Below, in pieces: positions 57,830 to 64,000 of a stretch of DNA of 64,000 nt. Source of the DNA: Eledone cirrhosa (lineage: Eukaryota); the NCBI GenBank assembly GCA_964016885.1, contig OZ024746.1:53506001-53570000 (forward strand). Reading direction: 5' to 3'. Position 1 is the stretch's first letter. Every line of letters begins with the position of its first letter. Position numbers and translations under genes: made by a program. The notes under the pieces are model-generated. The model was not told the origin of the DNA. It was given only the letters and a program-made list of their open reading frames with translations, and did not search any database.

Positions 57830-59296
57830 TGGAATAAATGCTCTGAAATAGCGATATATATGTGAATATAGACATAGAATATTCGAAAATATTCTGTATG
57901 TTTATAATAAACATTTTGAAGACCTAATCGCTATAGAATAGAATACGTCACGTATTACAATTAGATTCTCGATAAAAGCAAGGGAAGTAATCTACGCGTT
58001 TCATTCTTATTAGAAATCTTCAGGACTACATATCCAGTGCTTTTATCGAGAATGACACAGCTAGAGACTTATAGAATACTTAGCTGTGTACAGGAACTGG
58101 TTTGAAAGAGCGGTTGCCGGTCCGGCAGAAATTAGAAATTGGAATAAATGCTCTGAAATAGCGATATATATGTGAATATAGACATAGAATATTCGAAAAT
58201 ATTCTGTATGTTTATAATAAACATTTTGAAGACCTAATCGCTATAGAATAGAATACGTCACGTATTACAATTAGATTCTCGATAAAAGCAAGGGAAGTAA
58301 TCTACGCGTTTCATTCTTATTAGAAATCTTCAGGACTACATATCCAGTGCTTTTATCGAGAATGACACAGCTAGAGACTTATAGAATACTTAGCTGTGTA
58401 CAGGAACTGGTTTGAAAGAGCGGTTGCCGGTCCGGCAGAAATTAGAAATTGGAATAAATGCTCTGAAATAGCGATATATATGTGAATATAGACATAGAAT
58501 ATTCGAAAATATTCTGTATGTTTATAATAAACATTTTGAAGACCTAATCGCTATAGAATAGAATACGTCACGTATTACAATTAGATTCTCGATAAAAGCA
58601 AGGGAAGTAATCTACGCGTTTCATTCTTATTAGAAATCTTCAGGACTACATATCCAGTGCTTTTATCGAGAATGACACAGCTAGAGACTTATAGAATACT
58701 TAGCTGTGTACAGGAACTGGTTCGAAAGAGCGGTTGCCGGTCCGGCAGAAATTAGAAATTGGAATAAATGCTCTGAAATAGCGATATATATGTGAATATA
58801 GACATAGAATATTCGAAAATATTCTGTATGTTTATAATAAACATTTTGAAGACCTAATCGCTATAGAATAGAATACGTCACGTATTACAATTAGATTCTC
58901 GATAAAAGCAAGGGAAGTAATCTACGCGTTTCATTCTTATTAGAAATCTTCAGGACTACATATCCAGTGCTTTTATCGAGAATGACACAGCTAGAGACTT
59001 ATAGAATACTTAGCTGTGTACAGGAACTGGTTTGAAAGAGCGGTTGCCGGTCCGGCAGAAATTAGAAATTGGAATAAATGCTCTGAAATAGCGATATATA
59101 TGTGAATATAGACATAGAATATTCGAAAATATTCTGTATGTTTATAATAAACATTTTGAAGACCTAATCGCTATAGAATAGAATACGTCACGTATTACAA
59201 TTAGATTCTCGATAAAAGCAAGGGAAGTAATCTACGCGTTTCATTCTTATTAGAAATCTTCAGGACTACATATCCAGTGCTTTTATCGAGAATGAC
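57830..59296 (-). mobile_element. Retrozyme-like array R1, left arm: about 4.7 x 310-bp units with 5 hammerheads on the minus strand
   Basis: ggaataaatg recurs at 57831, 58141, 58451, 58761 and 59071. The core complement tcttcag occurs at 58017, 58327, 58637, 58947 and 59257. Confidence 0.93.
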
Positions 59297-62200
59297 GATT
59301 TCTAATAAGAATGAAACGCGTAGATTACTTCCCTTGCTTTTATCGAGAATCTAATTGTAATACGTGACGTATTCTATTCTATAGCGATTAGGTCTTCAAA
59401 ATGTTTATTATAAACATACAGAATATTTTCGAATATTCTATGTCTATATTCACATATATATCGCTATTTCAGAGCATTTATTCCAATTTCTAATTTCTGC
59501 CGGACCGGCAACCGCTCTTTCAAACCAGTTCCTGTACACAGCTAAGTATTCTATAAGTCTCTAGCTGTGTCATTCTCGATAAAAGCACTGGATATGTAGT
59601 CCTGAAGATTTCTAATAAGAATGAAACGCGTAGATTACTTCCCTTGCTTTTATCGAGAATCTAATTGTAATACGTGACGTATTCTATTCTATAGCGATTA
59701 GGTCTTCAAAATGTTTATTATAAACATACAGAATATTTTCGAATATTCTATGTCTATATTCACATATATATCGCTATTTCAGAGCATTTATTCCAATTTC
59801 TAATTTCTGCCGGACCGGCAACCGCTCTTTCAAACCAGTTCCTGTACACAGCTAAGTATTCTATAAGTCTCTAGCTGTGTCATTCTCGATAAAAGCACTG
59901 GATATGTAGTCCTGAAGATTTCTAATAAGAATGAAACGCGTAGATTACTTCCCTTGCTTTTATCGAGAATCTAATTGTAATACGTGACGTATTCTATTCT
60001 ATAGCGATTAGGTCTTCAAAATGTTTATTATAAACATACAGAATATTTTCGAATATTCTATGTCTATATTCACATATATATCGCTATTTCAGAGCATTTA
60101 TTCCAATTTCTAATTTCTGCCGGACCGGCAACCGCTCTTTCAAACCAGTTCCTGTACACAGCTAAGTATTCTATAAGTCTCTAGCTGTGTCATTCTCGAT
60201 AAAAGCACTGGATATGTAGTCCTGAAGATTTCTAATAAGAATGAAACGCGTAGATTACTTCCCTTGCTTTTATCGAGAATCTAATTGTAATACGTGACGT
60301 ATTCTATTCTATAGCGATTAGGTCTTCAAAATGTTTATTATAAACATACAGAATATTTTCGAATATTCTATGTCTATATTCACATATATATCGCTATTTC
60401 AGAGCATTTATTCCAATTTCTAATTTCTGCCGGACCGGCAACCGCTCTTTCAAACCAGTTCCTGTACACAGCTAAGTATTCTATAAGTCTCTAGCTGTGT
60501 CATTCTCGATAAAAGCACTGGATATGTAGTCCTGAAGATTTCTAATAAGAATGAAACGCGTAGATTACTTCCCTTGCTTTTATCGAGAATCTAATTGTAA
60601 TACGTGACGTATTCTATTCTATAGCGATTAGGTCTTCAAAATGTTTATTATAAACATACAGAATATTTTCGAATATTCTATGTCTATATTCACATATATA
60701 TCGCTATTTCAGAGCATTTATTCCAATTTCTAATTTCTGCCGGACCGGCAACCGCTCTTTCAAACCAGTTCCTGTACACAGCTAAGTATTCTTTCTATAA
60801 GTCTCTAGCTGTGTCATTCTCGATAAAAGCACTGGATATGTAGTCCTGAAGGTTTCTAATAAGAATGAAACGCGTAGATTACTTCCCTTGCTTTTATCGA
60901 GAATCTAATTGTAATACGTGACGTATTCTATTCTATAGCGATTAGGTCTTCAAAATGTTTATTATAAACATACAGAATATTTTCGAATATTCTATGTCTA
61001 TATTCACATATATATCGCTATTTCAGAGCATTTATTCCAATTTCTAATTTCTGCCGGACCGGCAACCGCTCTTTCAAACCAGTTCCTGTACACAGCTAAG
61101 TATTCTATAAGTCTCTAGCTGTGTCATTCTCGATAAAAGCACTGGATATGTAGTCCTGAAGATTTCTAATAAGAATGAAACGCGTAGATTACTTCCCTTG
61201 CTTTTATCGAGAATCTAATTGTAATACGTGACGTATTCTATTCTATAGCGATTAGGTCTTCAAAATGTTTATTATAAACATACAGAATATTTTCGAATAT
61301 TCTATGTCTATATTCACATATATATCGCTATTTCAGAGCATTTATTCCAATTTCTAATTTCTGCCGGACCGGCAACCGCTCTTTCAAACCAGTTCCTGTA
61401 CACAGCTAAGTATTCTATAAGTCTCTAGCTGTGTCATTCTCGATAAAAGCACTGGATATGTAGTCCTGAAGATTTCTAATAAGAATGAAACGCGTAGATT
61501 ACTTCCCTTGCTTTTATCGAGAATCTAATTGTAATACGTGACGTATTCTATTCTATAGCGATTAGGTCTTCAAAATGTTTATTATAAACATACAGAATAT
61601 TTTCGAATATTCTATGTCTATATTCACATATATATCGCTATTTCAGAGCATTTATTCCAATTTCTAATTTCTGCCGGACCGGCAACCGCTCTTTCAAACC
61701 AGTTCCTGTACACAGCTAAGTATTCTATAAGTCTCTAGCTGTGTCATTCTCGATAAAAGCACTGGATATGTAGTCCTGAAGATTTCTAATAAGAATGAAA
61801 CGCGTAGATTACTTCCCTTGCTTTTATCGAGAATCTAATTGTAATACGTGACGTATTCTATTCTATAGCGATTAGGTCTTCAAAATGTTTATTATAAACA
61901 TACAGAATATTTTCGAATATTCTATGTCTATATTCACATATATATCGCTATTTCAGAGCATTTATTCCAATTTCTAATTTCTGCCGGACCGGCAACCGCT
62001 CTTTCAAACCAGTTCCTGTACACAGCTAAGTATTCTATAAGTCTCTAGCTGTGTCATTCTCGATAAAAGCACTGGATATGTAGTCCTGAAGATTTCTAAT
62101 AAGAATGAAACGCGTAGATTACTTCCCTTGCTTTTATCGAGAATCTAATTGTAATACGTGACGTATTCTATTCTATAGCGATTAGGTCTTCAAAATGTTT

Positions 62201-62565
62201 ATTATAAACATACAGAATATTTTCGAATATTCTATGTCTATATTCACATATATATCGCTATTTCAGAGCATTTATTCCAATTTCTAATTTCTGCCGGACC
62301 GGCAACCGCTCTTTCAAACCAGTTCCTGTACACAGCTAAGTATTCTATAAGTCTCTAGCTGTGTCATTCTCGATAAAAGCACTGGATATGTAGTCCTGAA
62401 GATTTCTAATAAGAATGAAACGCGTAGATTACTTCCCTTGCTTTTATCGAGAATCTAATTGTAATACGTGACGTATTCTATTCTATAGCGATTAGGTCTT
62501 CAAAATGTTTATTATAAACATACAGAATATTTTCGAATATTCTATGTCTATATTCACATATATAT
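59297..62565 (+). mobile_element. Retrozyme-like array R1, right arm: about 10.5 x 310-bp units with 10 hammerhead cores on the plus strand
   Basis: CTGAAGA at 59602, 59912, 60222, 60532, 61156, 61466, 61776, 62086 and 62396; variant CTGAAGG at 60846. Ends in (TA)n. Confidence 0.93.
59596..59638 (+). ncRNA. Representative minimal type I hammerhead of array R1
   Basis: gtagtc-CTGAAGA-t-ttct-aata-agaa-t-GAAA-cgcg-TA-gattac; predicted cleavage after 59632 (GUA). Confidence 0.85.
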
Positions 62566-62583
62566 ATACGTATGTATATATAC

Positions 62584-62663
<80 letters not shown>

Positions 62664-62742
62664 GTATATATATATATATATACATATGTATATATATATA
62701 TATACATATGTATATATGTATATATACATTTGTATATATATA

Positions 62743-62885
62743 GGAACGATCGACTTTCGTCAAATCGGACCGAGGAAACAATGTTTCCGTTGGTCTTTCC
62801 AATTGCTAGTACTATCTATCGGTCGCAACTCCAGGTAGAAGGAGCAACGTGAAATAAAGTGTCTTGCTCAAGGACATAACGCATA
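62743..62885 (-). mobile_element. Partial copy of the SINE S1 plus module fusion
   Basis: Reverse complement of about 5597-5735. Confidence 0.8.
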
Positions 62886-63093
62886 TGTATATATATATAT
62901 ATATATATACATATGTATATATGTATATATATATATATATACATATGTATATATATATATAGATATATATACATATGTGTATATATATATATATATATAC
63001 ATATGTGTATATATATATATATATATATACATATGTGTATATATATATATACATATGTATATACATATATATGTATATATATACATATGTATA

Positions 63094-63961
<868 letters not shown>

Positions 63962-63964
63962 CAT

Positions 63965-63990
63965 CGGATGGCTGAAACAGGTAAAAGAAT
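63965..63990 (+). mobile_element. Extreme 3' tip of the CR1/L2-group LINE
   Basis: cggatggctgaaacaggtaaaaga is the reverse complement of 55513-55536. Confidence 0.75.
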
Positions 63991-64000
63991 ATATATATAT

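Noticed and set aside
57830-62565. CRISPR array, rDNA/5S or snRNA tandem cluster
   Set aside because: There are no variable spacers, the units are near-identical, and I see no similarity to 5S, tRNA or snRNA motifs. The HHR explains the unit better.

Overview
AT-rich, microsatellite-saturated eukaryotic DNA with no recognisable host exon. The repeat content suggests a coleoid cephalopod such as Octopus (inference). Almost all ORFs in the track are translations of (TA)n, (CA)n or (GTA)n. The real coding sequence is decayed retroelement: a near-full-length RTE LINE (37.4-41.6 kb), RTE fragments with a PHD-like finger inside the RT, a CR1/L2-group LINE (55.5-57.6 kb), an R4/Dong-like relic, and three Penelope-like elements (PLEs) with Hydra-clade motifs. 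tRNA-derived SINEs and hAT, piggyBac and Tigger-like MITEs are also present. The main finding is a PLE-associated hammerhead ribozyme (HHR) system. A 4.7-kb head-to-head array of about 15 near-identical, highly structured 310-bp units carries one minimal type I HHR per unit (retrozyme-like, predicted circRNA source). Two further partially tandem non-coding HHR families (about 440-466 nt and 643 nt) and about a dozen dispersed HHR motifs occur, and several unrelated families share a non-canonical U.U pair at the base of stem II. A second finding is a 5'UTR/3'UTR panhandle in RTE elements that covaries between two families and closes their internally deleted derivatives. All RNA structures were read by eye; no folding, alignment or database search was run.
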